Virus record (IMG/VR): IMGVR_UViG_2512047041_000002
Coordinates: 1-16,160 of that record
DNA length: 16,160 bases
Source of the DNA: a virus
Lineage: Duplodnaviria; Heunggongvirae; Uroviricota; Caudoviricetes
Reading direction: 5' to 3' (one strand)
In this document: one piece after another, positions 15,131 through 16,160 of the stretch
How positions within the stretch are numbered: position 1 is the first letter of the stretch
Layout: each line of letters starts with the position of its first letter
Position numbers and translations under genes: made by a program
The notes under the pieces: model-generated
What the model was told of the DNA's origin: nothing
What the model saw: only the letters and a program-made list of their open reading frames with translations
Database searches by the model: none

Positions 15131-16160
15131 CAACAGAAAATATCCTTATGTTCACGATGGTCACCCGGCTGATTTGTATTGTTTCAGGGTGAAAATTAAA
15201 CAGGAAGAATTTGTTTCAAGGGATTTTGTCTACGGAGCCACTCCTAACAGAACGCTTCCTACTTTTATGTCGACGTCAGGCGTGAGGACGGTTCCTGTAC
15301 CCGTTGATTTCACAGATGATGTTGCCGTCCAGTCACTGACTGTCCATGCAGGTACATCAGGACAAGTTCGCGCGGAAGTCAAACTTGAGGGTAATTACGC
15401 CATTATTGCGAAGAAAGTACCGTCTGATGATGTTACCGCTCAGAGATTAATCGTTAGCGGCGGTGAAACAACGTCTTCAGCAGATGGTGCAATGATAACG
15501 TTGCATGGTTCCAGAAGCAGTACTCCACGTCGCGCGGTATATAACGCACTCGAACATCTTTTTGAGAACGGAGATGTTAAACCTTATCTTGATAATGTAA
15601 ATGCTCTTGGTGGTCCGGGAAACAGGTTCTCGATAGTTTATCTTGGCTCCAATCCTGTGGTTACCAGTGACGGAACATTAAAGACAGAGCCGGTCTCTCC
15701 TGACGAAGCATTGCTGGATGCCTGGGGTGACGTCAGGTATATCGCTTATAAATGGCTGAACGCTGTCGCTATAAAGGGGGAAGAAGGGGCGAGGATACAT
15801 CATGGTGTAATCGCGCAGCAACTTCGTGATGTTCTTATTTCTCACGGACTCATGGAAGAAGAAAGCACAACATGCCGCTATGCCTTTCTTTGCTATGACG
15901 ATTATCCCGCAGTATATGATGACGTCATTACTGGCCAAAGGGAAATGCCGCTGACTGATAATGACGGGAGCATCATTGTTGATGAGGATGATAATCCAGT
16001 GATGGTAATAGAAGACATCATTGAGCGCGTTGAAATAACGCCAGCAGGATCTAGATGGGGGGTCAGACCTGATCTCTTATTCTATATCGAGGCAGCATGG
16101 CAGCGCAGAGAAATGGATAAGATAAAAGCTAGGTTAGACTTAATAGAAGGGAAGCACTAA
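15039..16160 (+). CDS. Tailspike C-terminal region with S74-type intramolecular chaperone domain signature; probably continues 13214..15130 in another frame
   Basis: Frame open from 15027, overlapping the end of the upstream ORF; contains TSDGTLK (Ser-x4-Lys spacing as I recall for the autocleavage site of such domains) and [11 protein letters not shown] motif; track start is a TTG with no RBS, so an independent start is doubtful. Confidence 0.55.
   Translation: MVLVQFVSKTTGCTTFSVGKTFLNPWSIGDNNRKYPYVHDGHPADLYCFRVKIKQEEFVSRDFVYGATPNRTLPTFMSTSGVRTVPVPVDFTDDVAVQSLTVHAGTSGQVRAEVKLEGNYAIIAKKVPSDDVTAQRLIVSGGETTSSADGAMITLHGSRSSTPRRAVYNALEHLFENGDVKPYLDNVNALGGPGNRFSIVYLGSNPVVTSDGTLKTEPVSPDEALLDAWGDVRYIAYKWLNAVAIKGEEGARIHHGVIAQQLRDVLISHGLMEEESTTCRYAFLCYDDYPAVYDDVITGQREMPLTDNDGSIIVDEDDNPVMVIEDIIERVEITPAGSRWGVRPDLLFYIEAAWQRREMDKIKARLDLIEGKH

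Larger units (their letters stand above)
1331..16160. mobile_element. Mosaic lambdoid prophage (lambda-type integration module, P22-type immI and tailspike), left end at attL; right end beyond window; central core apparently missing
   Basis: attL followed by int/xis, early-left genes, cIII, then immI and tailspike only about 5 kb later, with no N, cI/cro, replication, lysis or head genes in between. Confidence 0.8.

Noticed and set aside
1-16160. CRISPR arrays, tRNA or rRNA genes
   Set aside because: No regularly spaced direct repeats and no cloverleaf-like or rRNA-like conserved segments were seen; the integration site is the protein-flanked attλ, not a tRNA gene.

Overview
This window is the left end of a mosaic lambdoid prophage sitting in the E. 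coli attλ site, next to the host gene ybhC (1..1284, minus strand). The junction at 1331..1345 is the 15-bp lambda core GCTTTTTTATACTAA followed by a lambda-type P' arm, then int and xis that match phage lambda as I recall them. Leftward early genes follow on the minus strand (2.8–7.9 kb): small hypothetical/Ea-type proteins, a PD-(D/E)xK-like protein, a DUF551-like protein, a Sak4-type ATPase with its partner gene instead of lambda Red, then Kil-like and cIII. An IS629-like element (8220..9529, exactly 1310 bp, no target-site duplication) sits where the N/immunity/replication/lysis/head genes would be expected. To its right is an accessory block with no obvious phage housekeeping role: a glycine-zipper protein, a membrane-anchored coiled-coil protein, a small HExxH protein, a small Gly/Lys-rich protein, and a ClpP-fold protein translationally coupled to an Mnt-like repressor. 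A P22-type immI region (Mnt-like, Arc-like, KilA-N antirepressor) and a tailspike follow; the tailspike has a P22-like head-binding N-terminus and Asp-box motifs, and appears split by a frameshift from a C-terminal part carrying an S74-like chaperone-domain signature. No rRNA, tRNA or CRISPR array was seen. All assignments rest on reading the translations and motifs from memory; no database search was run. The best candidates for something undescribed are the Mnt-like/ClpP-fold operon and the neighbouring small membrane and HExxH proteins.
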